A DNA stretch of 63,654 nucleotides, filler included, from Reticulomyxa filosa (Eukaryota > Protista > Foraminifera): NCBI GenBank assembly GCA_000512085.1. It is 12 parts of 12 records of this genome, joined end to end, with 100 filler letters (N's around TTAATTAATTAA, not from the genome) between each part and the next. Parts side by side here need not be neighbours in the genome. Positions count along the whole stretch, not along the records: positions 32,274 to 39,933 come from ASPP01008677.1; positions 40,034 to 42,007 come from ASPP01004261.1; positions 42,108 to 44,134 come from ASPP01018391.1; positions 44,235 to 51,054 come from ASPP01023402.1; 8 more parts are not named here. The stretch is one strand, 5' to 3'. The translations under genes were made by a program, and so were the position numbers. How positions within the stretch are numbered: position 1 is the stretch's first letter; each line of letters begins with the position of its first letter. Of the stretch, positions 39,356 to 51,154 are shown one piece after another. The notes beneath the pieces were generated by a model. It was not told where the DNA came from. It ran no database searches and worked only from the letters and a program-made list of their open reading frames with translations.

Positions 39356-39885
39356 ATGAGCAATCCAGCGATATTACTGCCACCAAAGTTTCAGAAGTAT
39401 GAAAATAATAGTATTTTTTATTTTCAAAAAGTGAGCAATTAATTTAGTAACTACAAAAAAAAAAAAAAAAAAACAAGCACAGCGAAACCACGACATTAAT
39501 TACCAGTATGTTATTGACATGGATCAAACTCAAACTCCAATGTGTTTCAATGGTAATGAAGACATTTTAAAATTTGCTGTTGGCATAGTGGACAATGTTG
39601 ATTGCTTCCATTTTGAAAAGGCTGCACTTTGTGGAGGAATGAACACCGTGCAAATAATTCAACAACAGAATTCGTCAAAACTTGTAAGTTGATATCACCT
39701 TTTAAAAATTTTTTAAAATTTTTTTTTTTAAGTTTTTTTTTTTATATTTTTAATTAGTGGAGGGTATAAAAAAAAAAACAGACTGAAAAGAAAATTGAAA
39801 CAGTTTTAACAAATTGGCTCAGTGAATTGCCAGTCAAATTGGGATGGATTCAAGAATTTACGAAAATAATTTTGCAATATGTATA

Positions 39886-39924
<39 letters not shown>

Positions 39925-39933
39925 ATATGTATA
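39356..39933 (+). CDS. Hypothetical protein of the expanded 'W..LGWIxxF' linker family, 5' exons only
   Basis: Exons MSNPAILLPPKF.. / RNHDINYQYVIDMD.. / TEKKIETVLTNWLSELPVKLGWIQEFTKIILQY are joined by GT-AG introns. Confidence 0.55.
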
Positions 39934-40033
39934 NNNNNNNNNNNNNNNNNNNNNNNNNNNNNNNNNNNNNNNNNNNNTTAATTAATTAANNNNNNNNNNN
40001 NNNNNNNNNNNNNNNNNNNNNNNNNNNNNNNNN
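39934..40033. other. Artificial contig spacer
   Basis: N-TTAATTAATTAA-N. Confidence 0.98.
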
Positions 40034-40995
40034 ATCAAATCGGTAACATGCTTTGTCGAATCGCTGTCCCTTGAAAACAAAAAGTTTGAGGCCATCGGCC
40101 AATCCCAAACTTTACTGACGATGCAAAGATTAGTGATGTATTTGTACGAAGCAACAATGAAAGGGTACGTAGATCTGTCAATTGTCAGTCCGGTCAAAGT
40201 AGTCGAGTGTTTAGATATGAATTCATCCATAATTTGTTCAACTCCTTTTTTTTTGCCAGAAGAGTGGTGATAAGGAATAGAGCCCAAACTACGTGACTTA
40301 GCTGCAAAGGAAAAACAGCTCAAGTCAATATATTCAATTTGTGCAAGTTTGTACTGGGTTAGCATTTCCAAAAATCTCGGACTCAATTCTTGTCCAAATG
40401 TAAGTTTGCGGATGTTTGTAAAATTATCCAGTATGTAACGAGTGATCGAATTGTCAACCAAAGTCTCAAAGTGAACCCATGATGCATTACAATAAGGCCA
40501 TAATTGTACACAGTCCATAATACTTGCTTCATCTGGATTAATCGACCATCGTACAGTGCAAGCACGTATGTTATCTTTTAGGTTCGTTTGGAACATTTGT
40601 CTTAGTGATTGTCTTGACAACTCCATCATTTGCTGGCATACTGTTTGCATTTGCAATAACTCCTTTTTATTCAGATAACTCAATGTGTGCAACATTACGT
40701 CCTTGCACATTCCTGTTAACCCGCTTGTCTCTTTTATTATGTTTTGGAGCCCTCTTTTTTTTTTAACGTGTCGTATGCAATCAGTCAAGTCTTCACTTGA
40801 AAAATGTGTCAGTTCTTGTCTTAACAAAGGAAATAGCATTCTCTGCTTCTCTTTGTTTGAGCGATTTCGAAACAAACAAGTCAGAATTTGTATCAACAAG
40901 TCACAAAAATCGTGCTCGGTTTGGATTTCGCTAGCTAAGTGCAGTATTTTATCCAAATGACAAAGTTGAGCGAATTTATCCACAGTTGATACCAT
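40034..40995 (-). CDS. F-box-like protein with LRR-like region (3' truncated)
   Basis: LTGMCKDVMLHTLSYLNKKELLQMQTVCQQM (F-box pattern), NIRKLTF, IEYIDLS and LTGLTI. Confidence 0.65.
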
Positions 40996-42007
40996 TATTT
41001 AAAAAATGCAAAATTATATGTTTCCCCTTTTTTGAAAAGTAGATATAGAAAATGATTATGCAATAAATTTGCTCTACTTAGCAATAAGTATTGCATAAAC
41101 TAGTGATCTTGCTTATTTTAAAATAAATTTTACTCAGTTTGTGATTTTTGCACTTTCATTAACAGGAATACCGAAATGTCTTCTAATAAAAAAAATTCTG
41201 ATATTCATTATAATTTTCAACTTGATGTAAAAGCTATTTTTGAAGGATATTTAGGTATATCGAGATTTTTGTCCAAAGAAATTTCTGAAGGAAATTTTTA
41301 TTTGAAATGTTTGTATAATTAGGACATTTGGATATTCACACAGAATACAGTACTAAAATTACAATGAATTGAATTGTGTGTTTCCTTCATGCAACAAATA
41401 AATGCTGTTTACCACATGTTAATGCTTTTATAATTGCAATTTCATTCGCAATTGCTTGTCGCTCCGCCATGGTTTGTTGTCATTCAATATAATCGTGATA
41501 ACAGCTGTTGATTCTCCAGCCAAGACAAAGTCCAACAAAGAAATTTTCAAAATAATTTTTTATTTATTTTCTTTAGTATAAAAGGATGGTTACCACTTGA
41601 TATTGAACTAGCATTTTTTATTGTTTGTAGTCTGTTGCTTTCTTTAAGTAAGCAACAGGTGGAGAAGGATTCTTGTAATAAGTCAAACGATCTGTTGAGA
41701 GGACGAGCTCCGAGCTTCTAACTTGTCAACAAAGCTTTCAAGCAAGCAAATCTTTCTATAATCTCGTGCATTGTGGAATTAATATTGATACGACTGATTC
41801 CAGAAATCGAAATTACAATCAAAATTAATATCATTTCATCAAGGACTGATAGATATTTGAATGGAATGGATGTTGATGAAAAAAGTATTGGAGGAAACAG
41901 AAAATGGATTGACGATCCAAAGCAATCAACAACAATGCAATCTAATGTTCAAGTTACAACCTTAAACATGAACAATCAACAAGAGGAAAAGGAAAAGGAA
42001 GAGGTCA

Positions 42008-42107
42008 NNNNNNNNNNNNNNNNNNNNNNNNNNNNNNNNNNNNNNNNNNNNTTAATTAATTAANNNNNNNNNNNNNNNNNNNNNNNNNNNNNNNNNNNNN
42101 NNNNNNN
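42008..42107. other. Artificial contig spacer
   Basis: N-TTAATTAATTAA-N. Confidence 0.98.
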
Positions 42108-42225
42108 TATATATATATATATATATATATATGTTTGTATGTTATAATAATGGACATAGCGGTTCATTCATGAATATGCCAAACTCAATTGTCCCGAATA
42201 CTACAACAAAGGGATAATCGATGAG

Positions 42226-42834
42226 ATAACATCGTATACTCTGCCGTTTGCGGTATGCGAGACGTATACGTTGCCCGACGAAGAGGAGCTGGAGATCTGC
42301 TCTTACACGCATCCGCGGATGCAAAGACAATGGAAGGAGCAGGAGGAGGAGAAGGAAGAGAAGACGCACTCAAACAAAGCGAAAAGACATAAAAACAAGA
42401 CAAAGAGCAACGGAAGCAAAGGTGGCACTGATTCGATAATGTTAAGCTACGAACGGTTTGAGCCTTGCGAGATATTGTTCCAACCCTGGAGATATTATCA
42501 AGCACAGTCCTTGCACGAGTCCGGGTTCAGCTCGTATTTGCAAAAAAATTTGATTGGGTTGGACAGTTTGATTATGCAAACCTACTTCAAGTCCAATCAG
42601 GTGTCTCACAAATATAACGTCGTTTTGTCCGGCGGAAACATGCTTTTGCCCGGAGTCGCTCAACGATTGCACCACGAACTCACCATCAAACACAAACACT
42701 CCCACAGCAATCTGCACGGTGGTGCACCCAGCGTCATTCACTCACACGAACCCCATTTCCTTCCCTACGTCGGCGCAGAGCTGCTTATGAACTTGGATTT
42801 GTTCAATCTGTCTTCCAGTCGTGAGTGGATTTGA
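42226..42834 (+). CDS. Divergent actin-related protein, C-terminal exon
   Basis: TYTLPD, ERFEPCEILFQP and NVVLSGGNMLLPGVAQRL..EL are actin-fold motifs. A charged insert follows LPD. Confidence 0.8.
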   Translation: MTSYTLPFAVCETYTLPDEEELEICSYTHPRMQRQWKEQEEEKEEKTHSNKAKRHKNKTKSNGSKGGTDSIMLSYERFEPCEILFQPWRYYQAQSLHESGFSSYLQKNLIGLDSLIMQTYFKSNQVSHKYNVVLSGGNMLLPGVAQRLHHELTIKHKHSHSNLHGGAPSVIHSHEPHFLPYVGAELLMNLDLFNLSSSREWI

Positions 42835-43394
42835 CATTAACGTACTTTTTTGAAAATGGTTCTCATCGTTGTCGTTTGCAAACGTTACTTTTCTAATTAA
42901 TATTTTTTACTTTTTTATTTCTTTCTGTCTGTCTCTCTTACAAAGTGTTTCATTTTTTTTCTCTTGCAACTTTTCAAAAATTTTTAACAAAAGAATATCA
43001 AATGCAAAAAATTTCCCAAGAATTTGTGCTCACACTTCTTTTGTTTGTTGCTGTTGTTTTTTTTCTTCACAAGCCTTTTTTTTTAACTCAATTTTACTTT
43101 TGACATATTTCCAATAAGCAACTACTAGCATCCTATTGTCACATGCATATACCCTTTTTAAGTTCTCTCCAATTCTTCTGGATGCCGATTTCACATTGGT
43201 CATTCGTGTCAAATACAGACGTTGCTGACTTAGACTGTCTTCGGATGAAACGGATATTTGAAATAAGGACTGCCTTATTTACCGACGAAACGACAACGCT
43301 TCATCAAGGGTGTAAGCAAGAGAGAAAAAGGGGGAAGGTGAAATATTTTTTTAAAATCTGCACAAGTGGGAGAGATATTTTACACATAATTGAG

Positions 43395-44134
43395 ATGGCT
43401 TTGTCTTGTATCAGAAGATTTACCCGTTTAATTTTGCATTTGTTTAACACTCTCCATGCCTTAGTTGGTTTGGGTTTGCTTGGCTACGGAGGTTACCTAA
43501 CAGCTTCCCACAGCTCAATGTTATCAGATTTGGCAATGGCTGTTGGCGGATTTGTCTTTCTTAGTTAGTAAATTTTTCGTTTATGGAGTTTGTTGCATGT
43601 GTATGTATATGTGAGGATAAGTGGATTGTGACAATTAAGGCAAATTATTTTTTTTTTTTGGATGGCAGTGAAAAATCTATGAACAGAAAAATACATTGAT
43701 GAATACATTATATGGATACACACATATTTATATATTAATACAAATCTGCACTGTTGTAATTGTCTAAAACAGCGGCGTCAATCGGAATAATTGCCGTGCA
43801 AAAGCAAGTCAATTGTTTGTTGTCAGTGTATGGCCTGAGTATGGCGTTATTATTTTTGGGGAACTTGGCACTTTTAATTCTGACTTACACAAACTATGAT
43901 GATTTGTTGGGAAACGTCAGCGACAGCGTATGTCTATTTATTCATTTGTTTGTCTATTTCTTTCTTTATTTACTTTTTTTTTTTTTTTAAGTATGAAATA
44001 TTTAAAGAATTGTGTTATTCTTGTGGGATCTTTCTTTTCAAACTTATTACAGAAAAAGAACTGGCTGGAAGATCATAAGCAAGGAGTGCAATACTTATGG
44101 ATGGGCCTGGTTGTCATTGAAGTTACATGAATCT
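43395..44134 (+). CDS. Tetraspanin-like four-TM protein (3' truncated)
   Basis: LHLFNTLHALVGLGLLGYGGYL, AVGGFVFL / ASIGII..NCLLSVY and a fourth TM in exon 3. Confidence 0.65.
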
Positions 44135-44234
44135 NNNNNNNNNNNNNNNNNNNNNNNNNNNNNNNNNNNNNNNNNNNNTTAATTAATTAANNNNNNNNNN
44201 NNNNNNNNNNNNNNNNNNNNNNNNNNNNNNNNNN
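44135..44234. other. Artificial contig spacer
   Basis: N-TTAATTAATTAA-N. Confidence 0.98.
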
Positions 44235-44278
44235 ATTTATTTGAGTTTATGTACAAAATTTGATTTTATTTTAGTGGA

Positions 44279-44632
44279 GTGGATAATCGATGGATGGATA
44301 CAGTTCCATTGAATACACCTCATCCAAAGAATGGTACATTAATTCAACCTTATTTAGTTGCTTATTTCAAATCAAATGGTTTAGATATTGATAAAAACAA
44401 AGAATGGTTGAAAGAATACATTAAGAATGCAACAATATTGAAAGATAGTACTATTAATGAGAGCATAACGCATTTATATTGTAGTGGTAATAATCCTCCT
44501 CGAATAATAAAAGATTGGCATATCGTCCAATTCAAAAAGATGCAGAAAATTGTTACATATTTAATAAAACTAATTACAATGCTATCATTAATGAAGAAAG
44601 ATCCAAATACAACGGAAGTGAGAACAGAGTAA
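44279..44632 (+). CDS. Hypothetical protein fragment or pseudogene
   Basis: 117-aa protein-like ORF after an acceptor-like TTTAG. No family recognised. Confidence 0.3.
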   Translation: MDNRWMDTVPLNTPHPKNGTLIQPYLVAYFKSNGLDIDKNKEWLKEYIKNATILKDSTINESITHLYCSGNNPPRIIKDWHIVQFKKMQKIVTYLIKLITMLSLMKKDPNTTEVRTE

Positions 44633-45759
44633 AAGGTGGAAAGACCTTACATATATCGAATATGAAGAAATATATAATGGAATGGCAATGACACAAACTC
44701 TTGTGTTTGATTTTCAGTTGATTCCATTTTTTTCCTCTCTTTTTTTAATTAATGCCTTTTTTCGACAAAAATTAAAATGCTAAGCTGATGAGGCAATCTA
44801 TTAGCAATAATGTTCAATCCAGAAATTAATTCAATTTTGTTTGTGATTTTTTTCTTTTAGCTTTTGAAAAAGCACGGATGATTATTCTAAGCTTTGCAAC
44901 TTCATATTTATTTTGATTTTGCACAAACATATTCACAACAAACTAAGCTTTTCAAAAAAAAAAGAAAATTGATTAATATTTTTAATTTGAAAGCATTTTC
45001 TAAACATTTTTTTATTTCTAGCATTTGACGTCTTTCAATTTCAGAGTGTCACATAAGAGAGGGTGCAAACGGAGGAGAAAGATCGAGTGAAGAACTTTGA
45101 TTATTTTGACGGCGCCATGCAATTCTCTTTGATATTGATGTCAATGCATGTATTAAATGCACTCCTTGTTATGTCGAGTGCGAATACATCCAACACAAGC
45201 AAGAGCGTGACGGAAGAACAAACGTACTCAAATTACCACAACAATATAGTCATGCTGGTAGCATCATTGAACAAATTGATCAGTACTACATCAACTGCAC
45301 GTGGATGTCAAAAACATGGTAAATGTGCAAAATACCTACAAATTTACAAATTGGCAATCATATCATTTGTGGGAATTTTCAATAAGGGGTTGATGGTATT
45401 CGAAAACGAAATTATACGTTTTCCCCCTGTCACGCTGTTGATCAATTATGAGAAGATTGTATATATCAAGATGGAGGCAATGGATCGGTTACAATTAATT
45501 TCGGGTACCTCTTCGCCTTTTTTAAAATTCATATTTAATGCAGCGTCATACAGGTAAGCACAGTAATAGAAAGATCAAACAAAAAAAATATGTGCATACA
45601 AAAAAAAATTGTGTCTACACAAAAAAATGTATTCATAAAAAAAAATTTGTCAATAAAAAAAAGATTGTTGAGAATTCATTGCATATATGATTGATTTGAT
45701 TAAAAAAACAAAAACAAAACAGCATTGTATTGGCGGATGGCGAAGTCGAAGTGGAGGAT

Positions 45760-45958
45760 GTGATCATTGGCAATTGTTGAAGATGATGGCAATTGTCGAG
45801 ATATGGAGTTTGCAATACGAGCCTGTTTTGTCCACACGTGCATAGATGCGTGGTCTTGCATGGTCAACGCAATCTATGCACGCGTGGACAAAATAGGACC
45901 GTATTGCAAACTCCATATCTCAACAATTGCAATCATCTTCAACAATTGCCACTATCAC
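45760..45958. repeat. Long inverted repeat / foldback hairpin (~90-bp arms)
   Basis: The left arm ggcaattgttgaagatgatggcaattgtcgagatatggagtttgcaatacg... is nearly the reverse complement of ...cgtattgcaaactccatatctcaacaattgcaatcatcttcaacaattgcc. Confidence 0.92.
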
Positions 45959-46829
45959 TCATTCAAACATTTTCCAACTATTGATATTAACATTGTGCAA
46001 GCAACATACATTACAAATTACTGTTCAAATGTCGGCGATATCATGTAACACTGCAAAGTTAACTTTGTTTTTTTTATTGTTATCACAATAATATCCTTTT
46101 TTTTTTTGATTGTATATAGGAATACGTATAACCAATTACTGTTGAATTGGAAGGCCTTGGAGAACAAATGACATTCGCTGTGGGGATTTGCAATATTGAA
46201 GGTAAATCTTTTTTTTTCATGTCTAACTTAAGCTAAATATTGTGTGTATTTGAATAGAGCAACATAATGTGGAAAAAAAAAAAGAATTTGGGGTAGAAAC
46301 CACCCCTGTCTCCGAAAGGAGAGCAACAGGTTTGTTTCATTATCTTTTTTTAAAATATATATTTAAATGTTGTATGTTTTGTACCAGGTTTCCCCGCTTG
46401 GCAAAGATTATTCCAGTGCAGTTCATCAGTATCCACACAAAAAAGAAAAGAAAAAGAAAATCGGGGTTGAAATCCTCCCCGTCTCCGTAAGGAGTAAAAA
46501 AAGTATGTCTATGTTTGTATTTATTTTTTTTGTATATTTATCAAATAATGTTGTTGTGTTTGTGAAGAAATACAAATAGGAATTCCCCCAAGAAAAAAAA
46601 TATTTGTACATACCTTTATTTTTGCCTATCCCTTAAAAAATAAATTGTGAAGTGTGTTAAAAGGAATCGAATTGGAAAGCGTTGCCCATAAGTCAAGTTA
46701 TAGGTATTTTTGTACTAAAAAAATTATAAAATATACATTTGTTTGTTTGTGTGCACAGATATCAAATCGCAAAAAAAAGTCATATTGTGTATTTGTTTAA
46801 GTGATTTGAAAAATTAATAATTGTGTATA

Positions 46830-47470
46830 GAAAAAAAAATGTATTAATAAAAAAGAATAATAAATAATGATGGAAAGAAGAAAAAAAATGGATATGAAAA
46901 AGAAATAGAAAAAGAAAAGAAAAAAAAAGAAGAAAAAAAGAAATAAAAAAAAAAAGAATAGGAAATATAAAAAAGAAAATTAAAAAAAAAAAAAGAATAA
47001 GCTATAAAAAAGTAATAAATGAAAAAATAATAATGAAGAAAATAAAATGAAAAAAATAATAAAAAGTCAAGATCCAGTTCAAGTAATAGAATAAATAGTT
47101 ACGTTATTTTTCTCCAATTATCTCCAATTGATGTGTTATTTTATGTACATGCATAGGTTTGAAATGAAAGAAAAAAGAAAAGAACGAATAAAAATTTGAA
47201 GAAGGACATGAAGAAGAAGAACAAGGAGAAGAAGAAGCAGAATAAGGGCAATAAGAATAAGAACAATAAGAATAATAACAAGGAGAAAAGAAGCAGAAGA
47301 AGCAGAAGAAGAGAAGAAGAAAAGAAGAAGGATATGAAGAAGAACAAGAGTAAGAAGAGAAAAAAGAACGTGAAGAACAAGAGCAAGAAGAAAAAGAAAA
47401 AGAAAAAAAAAAGAAGACGGAAATGAAGAAGAAAGAGAAAAAGAGATGATAAGAAAAAAGGGAAAAAAGA
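46830..47470. repeat. Purine-rich (A/GAA) low-complexity tract
   Basis: Degenerate GAA/AAG/AAT repeats, probably a decayed Glu/Lys-rich coding region. Confidence 0.8.
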
Positions 47471-50400
47471 CATCGAATTGGACGCTGCCTCCAAGATTTC
47501 ATATTGAAATAATTCAAATCGAATTATGCATACAGTCTCTCCATCAAAAGAAAAAAAAGATCAATTAGTTGAGGTGATTTAAGCAATAGCTATCTTTCTT
47601 TTTTTCAAATAATCTTCAATTAATATGTTATTTATACAGATTTGAAACAAGAAATATCGCATTGAAAGCGCTAGAGATTAAACTTGTTTAAAGCAAAGTC
47701 AGCATCTAATACCTTGGCTGAATTGGAAGATTAAGCGTCTTATCCTCGGTAGCAGATGATATTGGCACTGTTTGTGAGCCATATGAGCTCCTCCGAAAAA
47801 TCGTGCTGTCATGAACAATCAAATATCGAACACGACTAATCGATTTATCGACACGGTTTCCAATTTACTAATGTTCCATTATGTGAATGTATCACTCTCT
47901 GGAAAAAGATGTTAGCACGATTGCATCTAGTAACAGCCGAAAACAAATCAAAATTACATTCAGCAATCTTGTGATTAACTTCACAAATTGACCGACCGCA
48001 TCTAGGAAACAACTCAAGAGTATATTGCCGATCTTAAAAATGCAACCCATATCATGATTACCATCAATGACGACAGAAACAGTGTGAATCAAATCTATCG
48101 ACAAAATGAAGCGCAATTATGTCGTTATCCAACTGTCTTCTCTTGAATATTACAATTATAATTCAAAACGTACAAAATTGCAAGGACTTCTATTTGAAGG
48201 TATATATTATTTATCATATTTTCAGCTGTTGTAATAATATATTAATCAAAACAATGTAAACATTGATTTTTTATTGTAGGGTGGTTTACTTAGGTTTGGA
48301 GTGAAAGAAAGAAGAGAAGAAAAAAGAAAAAAAAAAGTCTAAACATAACGATCAATAGTATTAGTGACATACGGACTATAACAAGTAATAATGAATCGTG
48401 CAAGAAGCATGAGCTTATGGGAAAAGCAAAGAGGCAACACGAATATAATCAGCATAATGCATCGTCTCATCAAGACTATGAGTGCTTATGGATGATATTT
48501 ATGAAAGAATACTAGTGGCAATGCATTATTATGTGTTTGCAATACTCAGATAGCATACACTACTTTTACTCACCCAATCCGACTTGCCAATTTGCCTAAT
48601 TGATCGAATATCAGTCGCTGCTTTTTTTTTTTACATGAATTTAATTATGGGGTATATGACTTTTATATTTGATTTGGTGGAAAATATTTTGTAATTTGAT
48701 TGATGATTGGGACTGTTTTTTTCAATGTAAAAAACTGTTGTTATCATCGTTAAGTAAAATTGGTGGTAAATGACCGATCCATTGATTTGAATGCAGTTGA
48801 GAGAAGATTGAAGTTAAAATAGCATTGCTTATTTTTGTGTTTCTTTCTAAACAGTTTGAATTAATGTGTTACTTTTACAAGGACTAGAACATGCTAAGTT
48901 CACAATCAGTGCAAATGGTGGAACCTTAAATCAAGAAAATGACTTGCAAGAACAGCTTCATTGGACAATGTGGAATGGATTAATAATTAAAAAGAAGAAC
49001 CAAACCACTCATTGAATGTCAGAAGACTTTGAAAATATGCATATTGAATCATGGCTCGAATATTGAAGCTTCTACAAATGCCAAACAGAAACTAGATTAA
49101 TATTTTTTGAAGAAACATTATCAATGAAACAGAAATATTTGGCAATATTCGTATTGCAACTGCATAAAATTTGTAAGATTTAATACGATCAAAGAACATC
49201 ACAAATCATTACAAGAAAGATGGTATTTCCGGCATCAAGTGAAAAAAGCAATGTCCAATTATTTATATCAACTGTAAATAGTGGACAATGCTTCACATCA
49301 ATTGCTGGTTAATGCTAGTATTCATTTTTTTTCAAAGTGTTGGGATTTGATGTTAAGTAATATGAGTTATATATATACTTTATTTCTTTTTTCCTTTATT
49401 CTGTGCCAATATTACATTGATTAGTACAAAATAAAATAGCCAAAGAAATGCACCAGCACAGGATTATTGGTTGACATAAAGGACAATATGCAAATATGGC
49501 ACAGATGATGTTCATTGCTATGACTAGTATATATTTCATCTTCAAATCGACTCTGAAACGAAATAGCCAAATTAAAATAAAGAGCATGAAAAATTGATTA
49601 AACTTTAGGAATGGGGATTAAACTACATGAAATGAGGACGAGAACATACCTCCAAAAAAATGATTCGCTATTTTAGTATGGCAGAATAATTTGCTGCTGG
49701 TTTCAATATGTGAGTTGCAATTGCAAGAATATGAAGATTAATGAAGTGATTAATTTTCTAATCAAGTATTTTCTTATGGATTAAAACAGGAAGAGGCAAG
49801 TCAGATGCGATTAACAAGAGTGCAACATGCGAGCAAGTATATTGATTCAAAAATTTCTTGAGAAAAATGTGGACATTGCTTTGTCTCTTTTCTTATTATT
49901 ATCTTCTCTTTGTCACATAAAGTAATATTTACTGGTCCTTAGTTGTTTGATCAATGATTTTGACTTCTAGTTTTTTCTTCTTTCTATTCAATTGTAGGAG
50001 CTCAAACATGACAGTTGTAACGTATGAATTGTGTATGCAAATTGTGGTTGTGCGATTTTTCATACATTGTTAGTCAACACTCAAATCTCATCGAAAATAC
50101 ACAAAAATCGCTTTTCAAGATGTTGCTATCTTTACTTTCAGTGATGAAACTGTTTTGATTAGTTAGTTCGGTTCTAATATGGCTCACTACTGAGATTGTA
50201 TAGATTATTCTATTGTGATTTTTCATGTTTTAATTTTAAATTAGTATATAGCAGTTTTAACTTTTCAGATATATAATTGAATTATATCCAAAAACATTGA
50301 TTTATTAAAATTAAGTTTTGGCTTTGTTTGATTAAATTGCCTATTTTGTTATTATTTTTTTTTTTGTCTTTTCTTATTCACTAAGCGCGTAAAATAAAAG

Positions 50401-51054
50401 CTCTTCAGGGCGATTGTTTATTTTTTTTAACAAAAATTGACAAATTTTTTTGAAAATTAATATTCTCTATACTATTGAAATTATTTGTCTACAAAAAGAG
50501 AAAGAAATAAATAATTTATTTGTAAATGAACTTATGTTGCTTTTTTTTTGAACTAAGACAATATTGTTTACTTTTTAAAGATTTAGTGCAAAGTCTTAAT
50601 ATTTTTTAAAATGAAGGAATGAAAAAATGCATGAAATATATCCGAATTCTATTAAAAAATATTTTAATAACAAACAAACCTATCAAAATGTGTCACGCAT
50701 AAAACACAACGAACAAACAAGTGAAAAATCACAGTGGCATCAAAAACGAGAAAAAAAAAAGAATGATTGTGAAGCCAAAAAATATCATTCATTTATAACA
50801 CAAACAGTCCACTGTGGTATGTTTGCTAACATTGCTTTTGGTGTGACTGTTGTGCTTGTGACAATGTTTGGATTTGGATTTCAATCTTTGTGCATCGATC
50901 AGCTTCCTCAAAGCACGAGCCCAATGGATGGACCCTTCTCGATATTTGAGTGACAACAAACACAGTTAGGAGTCATCAGCATGTCGATACATAACTCACG
51001 TCATTGATACCAAATTTTCCAACGATCAGTAATTTGTCAGTATGTTTGGTTGTT

Positions 51055-51154
51055 NNNNNNNNNNNNNNNNNNNNNNNNNNNNNNNNNNNNNNNNNNNNTT
51101 AATTAATTAANNNNNNNNNNNNNNNNNNNNNNNNNNNNNNNNNNNNNNNNNNNN
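51055..51154. other. Artificial contig spacer
   Basis: N-TTAATTAATTAA-N. Confidence 0.98.

Noticed and set aside
47104-47517. Lys-rich and Phe/Ser-rich ORFs
   Set aside because: They are products of a low-complexity GAA tract.
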